Assembly: GCA_031416315.1 (NCBI GenBank)
Contig: JANOTL010000208.1
Location: forward strand, 1-63,138
Direction of reading: 5' to 3'
Length of the DNA: 63,138 nucleotides
Source of the DNA: Pseudomonadota bacterium
Lineage (GTDB): Bacteria > Bdellovibrionota_B > Oligoflexia > Oligoflexales > CAIYRB01
The position numbers were made by a program, and so were the translations under genes. Shown one piece after another: positions 10,610 to 20,668 of this stretch (position 1 is its first letter; the number at the start of each line of letters is the position of its first letter). The notes under the pieces are model-generated. The model saw only the letters and a program-made list of their open reading frames with translations. It ran no database searches and was not told where the DNA came from.

Positions 10610-10927
10610 TCAGGGCGCTTCGTCGCCTTCGAGCAGGTCCACGTACAAGCTGATTTCGTCCGCGAACACCACGTCCGGCCGCTGCATCCGCGCGCGCAAG
10701 GTCGCGCAGCGCTCTTCGAGCTCGGCTTTGAGCTCCGCGTGATCTTGCACTTCGGATTCGGAGGCGAGCCCGCGCTCGACGAGGTCTTTGCCGACGCGGT
10801 CGAGGTTCTTCAACATCTTCTCCGCCATGTTCAGGCGGATCGCGCGCAGGGTCTCGAATTGCTCGAGCATTTGCGGGTCGAAGTTATGCTCAAAAACCTT
10901 TTTCGAGATCGCAGTTCCAAGTTCCAT
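10610..10927 (-). CDS. Hypothetical helical protein
   Basis: Coding-like from ATG 10927 (MELGTAISKK). Confidence 0.6.
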   Translation of the reverse strand: MELGTAISKKVFEHNFDPQMLEQFETLRAIRLNMAEKMLKNLDRVGKDLVERGLASESEVQDHAELKAELEERCATLRARMQRPDVVFADEISLYVDLLEGDEAP

Positions 10928-11065
10928 GACAGCGCCTTTTTGCACAGCAGCTTCAGCGTCGACATGCGGCGAGAAGACGCCGCATCTGTGCAGACCCTGA
11001 GCAAGGCGCGTGCCATGGCGACGCGGTCCCAAGCCGTTGATAAGGCGGGATTCGCGGGTGTCGAA

Positions 11066-11506
11066 CTATTGGCCAACTGCTTCGAGAAACCGCCCGCTGA
11101 CCCAGCCGAGCGTGGCCGGTGTGCCGGGCGCCGGCGCCGGGCCCGGTCCGTTGCCGTCCCAGTGGAACGCGTAATAGATGGTCGTTCCCAAGCGGCGCTG
11201 GCCCACGATGTCGAGCGTCGTTCCTTCCGTCACCGTGCCGATGACGCTGCCGCGCTCGACCAGGTCGAAGCTGAGGACACGAATCCCCTCGGTACCGGCA
11301 GGTGTTTTACCGGCGTCCGGCTTGTTCGTGACGCGTAGCGAGAGCTTGCCGCTCTCAGGGACCGCGGGGACGTTGAGCCCGGGCTTTTCCACGAGCTTCG
11401 AGATCTTCGCCCGCGGCGGCTGCGGGTACGTGTAGCGGTAAATGGGTCCCGCGCCGCTCAGGACGAGGGCGAGACCGACGGCGACGAGAATGCGGCTGAA
11501 AAGCAT
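11066..11506 (-). CDS. Secreted hypothetical protein with SH3b-like C-terminus
   Basis: Signal peptide; VIGTV.EGT.L and GWVSGRFL. Confidence 0.65.
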   Translation of the reverse strand: MLFSRILVAVGLALVLSGAGPIYRYTYPQPPRAKISKLVEKPGLNVPAVPESGKLSLRVTNKPDAGKTPAGTEGIRVLSFDLVERGSVIGTVTEGTTLDIVGQRRLGTTIYYAFHWDGNGPGPAPAPGTPATLGWVSGRFLEAVGQ

Positions 11507-11587
11507 GAAACCGAGCCTCCGGCTTACACCAAAGGTCTCGGCTCGTTTCGGCTCGGGCTCGATGGGCAGGAGCTGCCTAGCCTCGCC

Positions 11588-11809
11588 TCAGCCCAGGATC
11601 ACGTCTTTCACTTCCGGAACATGCTCTTTCAGGATCGGCACGATCCCGTTGAACAGCGTGATCGCGCTGGAAGGACAGCCGGCGCAACCGCCGAACATGC
11701 GCAACGTCACGATGCCGTCGTCGACGTCGAGCAGCTCGCAGCCGCCTGCGTGCAACGCCAGCTGAGGGTTGATTTCCGTCTCGATGACTTCCTTGATTCT
11801 CTCGATCAT
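11588..11809 (-). CDS. NifU C-terminal/Nfu-type Fe-S carrier
   Basis: INPQLALHAGGCEL, GGCAGCPSS; ATG at 11809. Confidence 0.9.
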   Translation of the reverse strand: MIERIKEVIETEINPQLALHAGGCELLDVDDGIVTLRMFGGCAGCPSSAITLFNGIVPILKEHVPEVKDVILG

Positions 11810-12100
11810 CAGTGACCTCTGTCGAAGTACTTGCGGAGCTGATCCAGCACCGCCACCCATCGCCATGACTGCTTCTACGGCATTTCCCGCCATGTGGGGC
11901 GTTCTGGGAGAACCTGCAGGGCGAAGAGCTCCAGATCTAATATGGTCTCGAACTCGACAACGTCCAGTCCGGCGCCCACAAAAAGCCCTGAAGAGGTATC
12001 GGCAGATCGCAGCGCTTCGGCGCGTCTCACTTGGACCGCCCCGATTTCATTCGTTATTTGCTCCTCGTCGACCAGGTCGACGAGGAGTACCGAGTAAGCG
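11809..12100 (-). pseudogene. Decayed duplicate of the 3' part of the serA-like gene
   Basis: Aligns by eye to ~19748-20165 with frameshifting indels and an ~140-nt deletion; ends KYFDRGH* overlapping the nifU ATG. Confidence 0.85.
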
Positions 12101-12196
12101 AATCGCAGGATCGCGCAGTTGCCGCGGCGGCGCGCTGAGCCGTTTTCCGCCGATCGCGAAGGACGGGGACGCCATCGACGGGCGCTGGCCCCCGGC

Positions 12197-12226
12197 TTGC
12201 GGCCGAGCTTCGCATCAAACTAGAAT
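12197..12226 (+). promoter_or_regulatory. Possible sigma70 promoter for wzm-wzt
   Basis: TTGCGG-N18-TAGAAT. Confidence 0.4.
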
Positions 12227-12254
12227 GAGACACTCCCATCCAAAAGGTCGAGCT

Positions 12255-13127
12255 TTGCTCACAAGGCCCGTCATTCAGCACATCGAGGGCGCGGCTGAGT
12301 CCGACGGCCGCGAGCCGTGGGCATCCGGGCGACCTGCAGCCGGAAGGTGGACCGGGGCCGGGTATGCGCTGCGCCTCGGGATCCAGCTGTTCCTGCGCGA
12401 TCAGAAGGGTCGCTACCGCGATTCGCTGCTCGGCGCCAGTTGGTCGATCGCGGTCTCGATTCTGCTGTCGTTGGGCCTATTCTATGCCCAGCGAATCGGC
12501 TTGCTCACGGTCGGCGATTGGCAGAACGACTATCTGCCGCGAGCCATGATCGGCTTCATCCTTTGGCAGCTGTTCACCGATGCATGGCGCTGTGGGCCGG
12601 AAGCCGTCCGCGAATCCAAGCCCATGCTCCTGCGCGCGGCCTTTCCCCGGGAGGCATTGATCGTCGGCAAGGCTCTCGGCGTCGGGCTGCAATTCCTGCT
12701 GCGCTGGGTCGTCGCGTTGGCGGCGCTCATTCCCATGAATTTGGCCTTGGGACCAGAGCTGGCGCTCCTGCCGATCCTCTCGATACCGTTGGCGGCGCTT
12801 GGTATCGGCCTCGGATTGCTCACGCTACCGCTCTTCGTGTTCTTCCGGGACTACGGTGCGGCGCAGGCTCGAATCATGCAAGCGGCCATGTTCTTGACGC
12901 CGGTGTTCTATCCGATCCCGGCCAACGGGGCCCTTCTCGCCAAGCTGATGCGCCTCAACCCGATCGCTTGCCTCATCGATGGGCCGCGTCAGGTCGTTCT
13001 GGACGGCACCGTTGCCGACGCCCTGCGTTGGGCCGTCACGGCCGCCCTCGCCTTCGCGTTCCTCGCGGCTGGCCTTGCCGTCTTTCGCGCCTCCATTTCC
13101 GCGGTCTCCGAGTTCATGGGGGATTGA
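12255..13127 (+). CDS. wzm: Polysaccharide ABC-2 permease (Wzm-like)
   Basis: RYRDSLLGASW, FLTPVFYP, LNP; six TM segments; start TTG 12255 or ATG 12225. Confidence 0.85.
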   Translation: MLTRPVIQHIEGAAESDGREPWASGRPAAGRWTGAGYALRLGIQLFLRDQKGRYRDSLLGASWSIAVSILLSLGLFYAQRIGLLTVGDWQNDYLPRAMIGFILWQLFTDAWRCGPEAVRESKPMLLRAAFPREALIVGKALGVGLQFLLRWVVALAALIPMNLALGPELALLPILSIPLAALGIGLGLLTLPLFVFFRDYGAAQARIMQAAMFLTPVFYPIPANGALLAKLMRLNPIACLIDGPRQVVLDGTVADALRWAVTAALAFAFLAAGLAVFRASISAVSEFMGD

Positions 13128-13128
13128 C

Positions 13129-13878
13129 GTGCCGCAACCGTTACTGAAGGGAGAGCGGCTTTCGAAGAAGCTTTGCCCGGATCCGAAGCTGGCGCGGTGG
13201 TACCACCTCCGGCGGATCGCCCAACGCCTCGGCGGCTACCAAACGCAGGCCGAAGAGCTTCGCCCGAGGGAATTTTGGGCCGTCCGTGACGTCGACCTCG
13301 AGATCGGGCGCGGCGAGGCCGTCGCCCTCCTAGGCGCCAACGGCAGCGGCAAGACGACGCTCCTGCGGTTGCTGGCTGGCCTCATGCGGCCGGACTCCGG
13401 GTCGCTCGCCACCAATGGGCGCGTGATTCCGGTTTTCAATCTGGGCGCGGGCATCAGCCCGCTGTTGAGCGGCGCCGAGAATGCCGCCCTGCTGCTGACG
13501 ATCTATGGGTTCAAAGGCGCCGAGCTCGCGAGCCGCCTCGAGGAGATCCGCGCGTTCGCCGGGCTCGAAGACTTTTGGGGCAGCCCGTGCCGATATTACA
13601 GCAGCGGCATGGTCGCCCGGCTCGGAATGTCGGCGGTGCTGTTCTCCTCGCCTGACGTGCTCCTGCTCGATGAGGTCCTGGCCGTCGGCGACCAGAGCTT
13701 CCGTCGCCAATGCGCTGAAGCCGTCAAGAACCTGCTCGCCAAGAGGGTGAGCGTCGTCCTCGTCGCCCACGACGGCGGCTTGCTCGAGACATACTGCCAG
13801 AGGGCGGTCTGGTTGAAGAAAGGACGCGTCGAAGCCGCGGGAGCTGTCGACGAGGTATTGAAGAGCTACTTGCGCTAA
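13129..13878 (+). CDS. wzt: Polysaccharide ABC ATPase (Wzt-like) without C-terminal CBM
   Basis: FWAVRDV, GANGSGKTT, YSSGMVARL, LLLDEVLAVGD. Confidence 0.9.
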   Translation: MPQPLLKGERLSKKLCPDPKLARWYHLRRIAQRLGGYQTQAEELRPREFWAVRDVDLEIGRGEAVALLGANGSGKTTLLRLLAGLMRPDSGSLATNGRVIPVFNLGAGISPLLSGAENAALLLTIYGFKGAELASRLEEIRAFAGLEDFWGSPCRYYSSGMVARLGMSAVLFSSPDVLLLDEVLAVGDQSFRRQCAEAVKNLLAKRVSVVLVAHDGGLLETYCQRAVWLKKGRVEAAGAVDEVLKSYLR

Positions 13879-13950
13879 GCCGTATGCTCTAGCCGCCACG
13901 ACCGCTGGAGACGCAAGCGACCGGTTCTGGCTTCGGCGTCTGGAGGGCGA

Positions 13951-16404
13951 CTACCGCGAGTCGACCGGCCGATTGTGCTCCATCGGGCGATGGAGTCGAG
14001 CGAGCTTCTGGATCCAGATGGGCGTGCGACCGCTCGGAGGCACGATCGCGTCGCAAGGCGCAGCCTGTGCGAGCTCTGGCCTAGATCGATCGACCAAGCT
14101 CTTGATGACTTGTAAATATCCATGGCCATATCGAAGATCTGGCTCTACGTAGTTGCCTTCCGCCCACTCGTTCCAGGATTTCACGAAAACCAGACGCTCC
14201 GATGGGGGAAGGCCTTGGACCATCTCGAAAGCTTCCCCAGCGTGAATACGGAAGAGCTCCGGAGTGGAATTGTGAAAGATCATGGCGCTCTTGCCGCTGC
14301 GGGGCGAGTTGTCCCAGTTGGGGACGACGCAAGGATAGCAAGGATAGTCGACCGGCTTTCGCGACAGGAAGAACCGCATCGCATCACGGTAGTCGAAGAG
14401 ATTGGGAACCCTGCCGCGAAGGTCGCGCTGCCAGCGAATCGGAAGCGACTCCCCGTGCAGAGATTCGCGTTCGGCCAGAATTCGGGACTGATTGGATAGT
14501 ACGGCGCCGTCGAAGCCCAACCCACGCGGATCCCAAGGAGCCGATCGCTGTATTAGGGCGAGCAGATAGAGGCCGGGATGTCCGTCACGGAGTGCCAGCT
14601 CGCGCCACCGATCAGTCGTCCGGCGGGAATCGGGCAGCCCCTTGGGATCGTAGACGATGAAGAGCGGTTTGCCGTCCACTCGCAAGTATCGCGGATCCAT
14701 GAAGGCGCGCGACAGGACGCGGAAATGCGCATCGTCGTCTTTGCCGCTGTCGTAGACCTGCTCCATCAGCATCCGATCTGGAGCTCCATGCCAGATGCCG
14801 GTCCAACTCTGGTTCGCCCAAGCCAAGCAGAAAGGAAAGTCCGGCTCTTTGGCAGCCAGCACCTCCTCGAACGGGCGATGGAGCAACCGCTTGCCGCCAA
14901 ACCAGTAATGCCAGTAGCAGAAAGCCTCGACGCCGTACCGGCGGGCGAGCTCCGCTTGGGCGACACGGGTCTCCGGCACGCGCAGATCGTAGTAGCCCAA
15001 ATCGGCGGGAAAGCGAGGCTGATCGTGTCCAGGAAACAGCGGCTTCGCCTTGGCGACGTTCGTCCATTCGGTGAAGCCTTTGCCCCACCAAAGGTCGTTT
15101 TCAGGCGTGGGGTGGAACTGCGGAAGATAGAAGGCGATGACGCGGGCGCGCTTCGGTTGCGCGTCGGCCGTTTTCATCTGCAACTCAGCGCGTCGATAGC
15201 CATGGGCGACGAGGTCCAACAGCGCTTTGCCAGCCTCACGGGTGTACCAGTCGGCCGTCGGCGTTTTCGCCGCCCGGCCTAACAACTCTTCCGTCTGCCC
15301 GATAAAGCGACGGTAAGAGTAAAACTGCTCGGCCCGGTGTCTCCCGGCGATCCCCATACGTTCGGCGCGCGCGGTGTCAGACAGCACGTCCAGGATCGCA
15401 TCCGCGAACCGCTCTGGATCGCCGACTGGCGTCAGATGGCCGGTCCCTCCGTCCACGATGATCTCGCTGGGTCCCCCGCAGGCGGTGGCGACCACGGGCT
15501 TCCCGAGGAGCATCGCCTCGACGCAGACGAGAGAGAACGACTCGACATGCGAAGGCACAACCAGCACGTCCGCCGCGGCCATGACCTCCAGACGGTCGTC
15601 GCGAAAGCCTAGAAACTCGAAAGCGCGCTGCAGCCCCAGGCCGGCCACCATACGTTGGGCTTCCGCGAGGGCCCCGTTGTCGGCGCCCACGATCCTGAAC
15701 CGGCAGTCTGGGAATCTCGCGAAGACTCGAGGGGCTGCCTGCACGAGGTCCAGAATCCCTTTTGCCTTCGTCAGTCTGCCGACGAACACGAGCACCGGTG
15801 CGCCGGGGCGCGGTGCCGGCGGTGCCGAGATGGTCGGCAGCTCCACGCCGGGATACGTCATCTCGATGTCTTTCCAGTCGACGTACCCCTGAACATGCGC
15901 CTGAACACAGCGGGACACGGTCGACACCGAGGTCGAGAGCTGGGCGATCAGCGAATAGAAGGTCGAAATGTCGTGAATCGGCGTCAGCTCGGGATTGTCA
16001 CGGTAATTTTCGGAGATCAGCCAAACATGGGGAATCCCCGAAAGCTTCGCGGCCAGCGCGCCTTCAGCGATGACGCTCGTGCTGGTAAAGACGGCCTCGG
16101 CGCGCTCCTCCCTGAGGAGCGCGGCGGTCTCTTCGACACGTTTTTCGAGGCCGTCGAGAAATCGTTCGCGCTGCGAGGTCCCGACCTGCGGAAGGGCGAC
16201 CCACCACACCTGCCGAACCATTCGGGTGCGCACGCCGATCGCCTGAAGCTTCTCGCCGAGAGGGCCCGGCCTCGGCAGAAGCACTACCGGATCGAACTGC
16301 CGCCGATCTAAGCCGCAAAGCAGCCGATATAGGAGTTGTTCTGACCCGCCCAGTTGGCTCGAATGCGAAACAAAGGCGATGACCTTGGCACGAGCCGCTC
16401 GCAT
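13951..16404 (-). CDS. GT4 glycosyltransferase fused to a WbsX-like (GH99-like) domain
   Basis: ESFSLVCVEAM (EX7E); IAFYLPQFHP.PEND.WWGKGFTEW; KSWNEWAEG. Confidence 0.88.
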   Translation of the reverse strand: MRAARAKVIAFVSHSSQLGGSEQLLYRLLCGLDRRQFDPVVLLPRPGPLGEKLQAIGVRTRMVRQVWWVALPQVGTSQRERFLDGLEKRVEETAALLREERAEAVFTSTSVIAEGALAAKLSGIPHVWLISENYRDNPELTPIHDISTFYSLIAQLSTSVSTVSRCVQAHVQGYVDWKDIEMTYPGVELPTISAPPAPRPGAPVLVFVGRLTKAKGILDLVQAAPRVFARFPDCRFRIVGADNGALAEAQRMVAGLGLQRAFEFLGFRDDRLEVMAAADVLVVPSHVESFSLVCVEAMLLGKPVVATACGGPSEIIVDGGTGHLTPVGDPERFADAILDVLSDTARAERMGIAGRHRAEQFYSYRRFIGQTEELLGRAAKTPTADWYTREAGKALLDLVAHGYRRAELQMKTADAQPKRARVIAFYLPQFHPTPENDLWWGKGFTEWTNVAKAKPLFPGHDQPRFPADLGYYDLRVPETRVAQAELARRYGVEAFCYWHYWFGGKRLLHRPFEEVLAAKEPDFPFCLAWANQSWTGIWHGAPDRMLMEQVYDSGKDDDAHFRVLSRAFMDPRYLRVDGKPLFIVYDPKGLPDSRRTTDRWRELALRDGHPGLYLLALIQRSAPWDPRGLGFDGAVLSNQSRILAERESLHGESLPIRWQRDLRGRVPNLFDYRDAMRFFLSRKPVDYPCYPCVVPNWDNSPRSGKSAMIFHNSTPELFRIHAGEAFEMVQGLPPSERLVFVKSWNEWAEGNYVEPDLRYGHGYLQVIKSLVDRSRPELAQAAPCDAIVPPSGRTPIWIQKLARLHRPMEHNRPVDSR

Positions 16405-18539
16405 CAGCTCAAACCCGCGCTGAACTCGCGGTAGGGGTCGGAGACCAGGAGAAACCCTTCGTCGACCAACTGGTTCACCGAGTTGAGCTTCCGGGAGCTA
16501 GGCTGCAGAAGTTGGATCGGCTCCGGGTTCTGCAGCGCCTCGGCGTAACGCCGGTACTCGTACGAGTCGTTCCAATACATCCCCTTTTCTACCGCCTCGG
16601 CCACCCGTTCCTTGAAGTCCGGAACGAACTTGTAGTGGAGAACGGTGCCAGTAATGTCGGCGATGCGAACGGTACTGACGCAGTGGGGGTTCAGCAACTG
16701 CACCCCTTCCGTATAATGGATAAGAGAGTGCTTCGTCAGGCACAGCTCCGATATCCCGAAGACTTTCTGGCGAATGCCGCCGTGGTTGAACTGAAGCGAG
16801 GGGTTGTCGACCTGATTCCTCAGATTGGGCGGATAGGGACGCGAGCCGATGTCGCTCACGTCGTAGTAACAATGGGTTTTTCGCAAGTCGCCCGCCCAGT
16901 CGACCTCTTGTCCCACCGGACCTCCGGGGAACATGTCCAACATCTGAGTGAGCATCGCGGTGTACGAGTTCGCTCTTAGGTAGTTCACCAGAGAGGCGAG
17001 CGGGACTCGGTTCGAAAAGGGATAATCGAAGTGCTCGTCGATATCGACCAAGACCGCCCAACGATCGAGTGCGAACTCCTCGAGTAGATACTGCCGCATC
17101 CAGGTGTTCGTCGTCTTGAACGGAAGGCTCGAGCTCAACACGGTGACGTCGGGTTGCCCGGACACCTTTCGCACCGTGCCGTCGCTGGAGCCATTGTCCA
17201 AGAAGACGAAGTGCTTGGCGCCGAGCCGTCGGTAATGCTCGAGAAAAGGCGTGAGGTAGGGCTCCCCATTGCGAATCAAACACAAGACGATGACGTCGTC
17301 GCGCTCGAGCGCTGGAGATTTCGGGCCGAAGACGTGACGAATTCTGGTTCGTAGCTCGAGCTGCTCCTGAAACGAGCGGAAAGGCTCCACCCTTCCGTAG
17401 GGCTCGGACGCGGGCGTTGGACCGAGTTGCTTCCCCGACGCAGCAGCGCGCGGGACGCGCTCCATCGCGTCGACCCGCCCGGCGAGATCCGAAATCGACT
17501 GTTGCAGGCGCGCGTTGTGTTGGCTCTGCTGGTTAAACACGACCCAAAGCATCCGGTAGATCAACGAGCGGGCCGCATCGATCGGCGGTCCAAAGATCTT
17601 CCGTTTGGACCGAAAGGTAACGTTCGACAAGTCCAGCCGGGTCGCGCTCGAAACCGGCGCCGGTCCCGGCGGCGGAGGCGGCGCGGCCGGCTTGGGGAAG
17701 CGGGCCTGATCTTCCACCTGCCGGAGGAACTCCGCGCCTTGAACCAGCATCCCGAATCCCCCTTTCACGCTCAGATCCCGCCGTAGTAGCTCGTTCTGCA
17801 GCCGCATCCGCACCTTGGCGAACAGATCGAGGTTGGTGATCGAGTTCGCCATCGAGGTCGATTGGTCGCTCGGTCGACTATGGTGAAAGGCAAGCGGCTC
17901 CTTGATGAAGGCGAGATCCTCTTTCAGCAAAAGCCGCAGGTTAAAATCCCAGTCGCCCATGACGGGAAGGTCTTCGCGATAGAAGCCCACCTTTTCGAGC
18001 ACGGATCGCCGGAAGAGGAAGGCGATCGGCGGAAACGTCCGCACGACCGCGCGACTGAGGATCAAGTCGTTCCAATCGAAAGCAGCGACCCGCCGCGATT
18101 CCTCGATGACGGAGTCGTTCCGAAGCCTCTCGAAGATCCGCGTGAAGAGCGTGACCACTCCCGGAAACGGGCGACCTTCGGGGCTATTTAGAAAGCGAGT
18201 GGTCCGCTCGAGGAACAGGGGACTCCAGGTATCGTCATCATCGTGAATGACCACGAAATCGCTCGACGTCGCGCGGATCGCCCGGTTGGAGGCCGCTTCC
18301 ATGCCGTGACGCTTGGACAAGTGCAGCAACTTCAGCCTGGCCCCGAGCTCGGACTGAAACTCTTTGAGGACCCGGTTTACAGCATCGGGTCCGCCGCCGT
18401 CGTTGACGATCGCCAGCGTCCAATCCGTTTCGGTTTGCGCGAGGACACTTTGAATGGCGCGTCTCAAGAGCAGCGGACGTTCGTAGGTCCGCATGACGAT
18501 CGCGACGGCCGCATGACTCGTGGTTAAGCTTCGCGCCAT
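16404..18539 (-). CDS. Two-domain GT2-type glycosyltransferase with Pro-rich and coiled-coil linker
   Basis: IVNDGG, IHDDDD, GDWDF; second domain FLDNGSSDGT, VDIDE, LHYKF; start uncertain. Confidence 0.85.
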   Translation of the reverse strand: MARSLTTSHAAVAIVMRTYERPLLLRRAIQSVLAQTETDWTLAIVNDGGGPDAVNRVLKEFQSELGARLKLLHLSKRHGMEAASNRAIRATSSDFVVIHDDDDTWSPLFLERTTRFLNSPEGRPFPGVVTLFTRIFERLRNDSVIEESRRVAAFDWNDLILSRAVVRTFPPIAFLFRRSVLEKVGFYREDLPVMGDWDFNLRLLLKEDLAFIKEPLAFHHSRPSDQSTSMANSITNLDLFAKVRMRLQNELLRRDLSVKGGFGMLVQGAEFLRQVEDQARFPKPAAPPPPPGPAPVSSATRLDLSNVTFRSKRKIFGPPIDAARSLIYRMLWVVFNQQSQHNARLQQSISDLAGRVDAMERVPRAAASGKQLGPTPASEPYGRVEPFRSFQEQLELRTRIRHVFGPKSPALERDDVIVLCLIRNGEPYLTPFLEHYRRLGAKHFVFLDNGSSDGTVRKVSGQPDVTVLSSSLPFKTTNTWMRQYLLEEFALDRWAVLVDIDEHFDYPFSNRVPLASLVNYLRANSYTAMLTQMLDMFPGGPVGQEVDWAGDLRKTHCYYDVSDIGSRPYPPNLRNQVDNPSLQFNHGGIRQKVFGISELCLTKHSLIHYTEGVQLLNPHCVSTVRIADITGTVLHYKFVPDFKERVAEAVEKGMYWNDSYEYRRYAEALQNPEPIQLLQPSSRKLNSVNQLVDEGFLLVSDPYREFSAGLS

Positions 18540-19627
18540 TCTCGACCTTTCCAGGAACGCAGGAAATCCGCGAGCGGTTCGACGCAGCGACTCCACTGAT
18601 ACGCGCGCGCTTTGCGCAACGCGGCTCGCTGGCGCTCGATCGCTGGGATCTGAAGGTGCGCCTCGACGGCTCGGCGGAGGCTATCTGCCTCACCGAAACG
18701 GAACAACTCGCCGCAGGCTCGATCTTCGGCCACCATGCCGCGAAAAAACGGCAAGTCCGAGGCGATGACGCCCTTCCCTAGGGTCCAGGCCGCCAGCAGG
18801 CTGCCGCTGCCAGTGATCTTCCGGTAAGGCAGCAATACCGCGTCGCACACCGAGACGATGTCCGCAAACTCGGCGTGACTGAGCTCCTTTTCGATGAGCA
18901 CGGCTCGAGGCATTTGCCGCATTTGGCGGCGCAAAGATTGCAACTCGTCGCGTGGGAGCTTCGGCGTTCCGGCGACGATGAGCTGGATGGGTGAAGGGTA
19001 GCCCTCGAGCGCGCGGCAGGCGAAATCGAGCCCCTTGTAGGATCGGATCGCCCCGAGACAACCGAGGGTCGGGGTGCGGCGATCGAGCCCCAGCTCGTCG
19101 AGGATCCGAGCCCGCGGGCGCGGATTGGGGAAAACGCCGTCGTAGTTGCCATGGGGGACGATCAGCACGTGTGACTTAGGAACCAGGCGCTTGATTGCGT
19201 CGTAAGCCGTTTCGTCGTGACAAAGAAGCAGGTCGCTCTCGCGATACATCATGCGAAAGCCGAGGGAATCGAGCCAGTCGTTGCCCTCGTGGCGCTGTAA
19301 GTTGTGCACGGTCCAGATCCGGCAGACTCGGTGTCGCCGAGCCTGACGAAGCACCCACACGAGCCGAGCCAACCTGCGAAGACGAGTCTTGAGCGGAGCG
19401 TTCCGATCGAGCCAAAGGTGCTCAGGCCAGTGGATGTGGGTCGCGTCGATCTCGCCGTCGCCGAGCTCCCCGGGCCTCAACTCGAGCTCGCCCGACAGAC
19501 GGATCCCGTGTTCGGACAAGGCCGAGTACAAGAGTTCCAAATAAGGGTTTTCCTGTTTCGTGCGGAACGGATTCGGCCAGACGAGCAGTCTCGCTGGCGC
19601 CCGGGTCCCGCGCTCCTCATTCAGCAT
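18524..19627 (-). CDS. GT4-like glycosyltransferase
   Basis: NPY..LL, HIHW, WTVHN, GAIRSYKG, LPYR.ITGSG. Confidence 0.85.
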   Translation of the reverse strand: MLNEERGTRAPARLLVWPNPFRTKQENPYLELLYSALSEHGIRLSGELELRPGELGDGEIDATHIHWPEHLWLDRNAPLKTRLRRLARLVWVLRQARRHRVCRIWTVHNLQRHEGNDWLDSLGFRMMYRESDLLLCHDETAYDAIKRLVPKSHVLIVPHGNYDGVFPNPRPRARILDELGLDRRTPTLGCLGAIRSYKGLDFACRALEGYPSPIQLIVAGTPKLPRDELQSLRRQMRQMPRAVLIEKELSHAEFADIVSVCDAVLLPYRKITGSGSLLAAWTLGKGVIASDLPFFRGMVAEDRACGELFRFGEADSLRRAVEAHLQIPAIERQRAALRKARAYQWSRCVEPLADFLRSWKGREWREA

Positions 19628-19708
19628 GGTCGGCGGCCTAAAAAAACGACGGATTTCCGGCGATTTTGCATCAAGATCGAGCCGATGAAAAGCCTGACCT
19701 GAGTGGCT

Positions 19709-20668
19709 TCACTGAAGTCGGGGGGCCGACCCTTGGTCGCGAGCTCGGTCGAAATACCTGCGGAGCTGATCCAGCGCCGCTACACCCATCGCCATGGCTG
19801 CTTCTACGGCATTTCCCGCCGTATGGGGCGTTCCCACGAGACCCGGCAGGGCGAAGAGCTCCAGATCCAAAATGGGCTCGGATTCGAAAACGTCCAGCCC
19901 GGCGCCCGCGAGATGCCCCGATTCGAGCGCTTTTTTCAAGGCCGAGAGCCGCACCACACGCCCGCGGCTCGTATTGATCAGATGAGATCCGGGCTTCATC
20001 TGCGCCAAAAAGCGCTCATTTACCATCCCGTCCGTCGCCGCGGTCAGCGGCACATGCATGGAAAGGATATCGGCGGACCCCAGCGCCACTTCGAGGCTCA
20101 CCTGGACCGCCCCGATTTCGTTCGCTATTTGCGTCTTGTCGACCAAGTCGACGACGCGCACCGAGCAGCCGAAGGCGTTTCCGAGGCGGCCGACGCGGCT
20201 GCCGACCGCGCCGCAGCCGACGACGGCGAGGACCTTGCCGCCGAGCGTGCGGCCGCCGTCCTTGTTCCAGGTGCCTGCGGCTAGGAGGAGGTGATTGCGC
20301 GCGATGTTTCGCATTGAGGCCAGGATCAGCCCCAAGGTGTGCTCTGCGACGGCATCGGCGTTCACGCCGTGCGTGACGAGCAGCGCGACCCCACGAGCGC
20401 CGCAAGCCCCCGCATCGACGTTGTCGAAGCCCACGCCGTAGACCGAGATCGCCTTCAAGCGCGGCAGCTTCGCCAGGATATCGGCGGTGATCACCTCGCG
20501 GCCGATGAGCGCCGCGTCGCAGTCGAAGAGGAAGGAGACGAGCTCGTCCGCCGCTGCCGACCGCGGCAGGGCGATGTATTTGACCTCGTGGCCCGCGAGG
20601 ATCGTCGCGGCTTTGGCCCGTAGCGCCGCGCTCTTGCACAGGCTGACCGAGGTGACGCCGATTTTCAC
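19709..20668 (-). CDS. D-2-hydroxyacid / phosphoglycerate dehydrogenase family (serA-like)
   Basis: GVGFDNVD, GCGAVG, INTSRG, LDVFESEP, TPHTAG; GTG start at 20668. Confidence 0.9.
   Translation of the reverse strand: MKIGVTSVSLCKSAALRAKAATILAGHEVKYIALPRSAAADELVSFLFDCDAALIGREVITADILAKLPRLKAISVYGVGFDNVDAGACGARGVALLVTHGVNADAVAEHTLGLILASMRNIARNHLLLAAGTWNKDGGRTLGGKVLAVVGCGAVGSRVGRLGNAFGCSVRVVDLVDKTQIANEIGAVQVSLEVALGSADILSMHVPLTAATDGMVNERFLAQMKPGSHLINTSRGRVVRLSALKKALESGHLAGAGLDVFESEPILDLELFALPGLVGTPHTAGNAVEAAMAMGVAALDQLRRYFDRARDQGSAPRLQ

Noticed and set aside
10831..11076. 81-aa minus-strand ORF
   Set aside because: Overlaps both neighbours and has no recognisable features
11588..11893. N-terminally extended NifU (MAGNAVEAVMAMG...)
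   Set aside because: The extension is the frameshifted serA-like remnant
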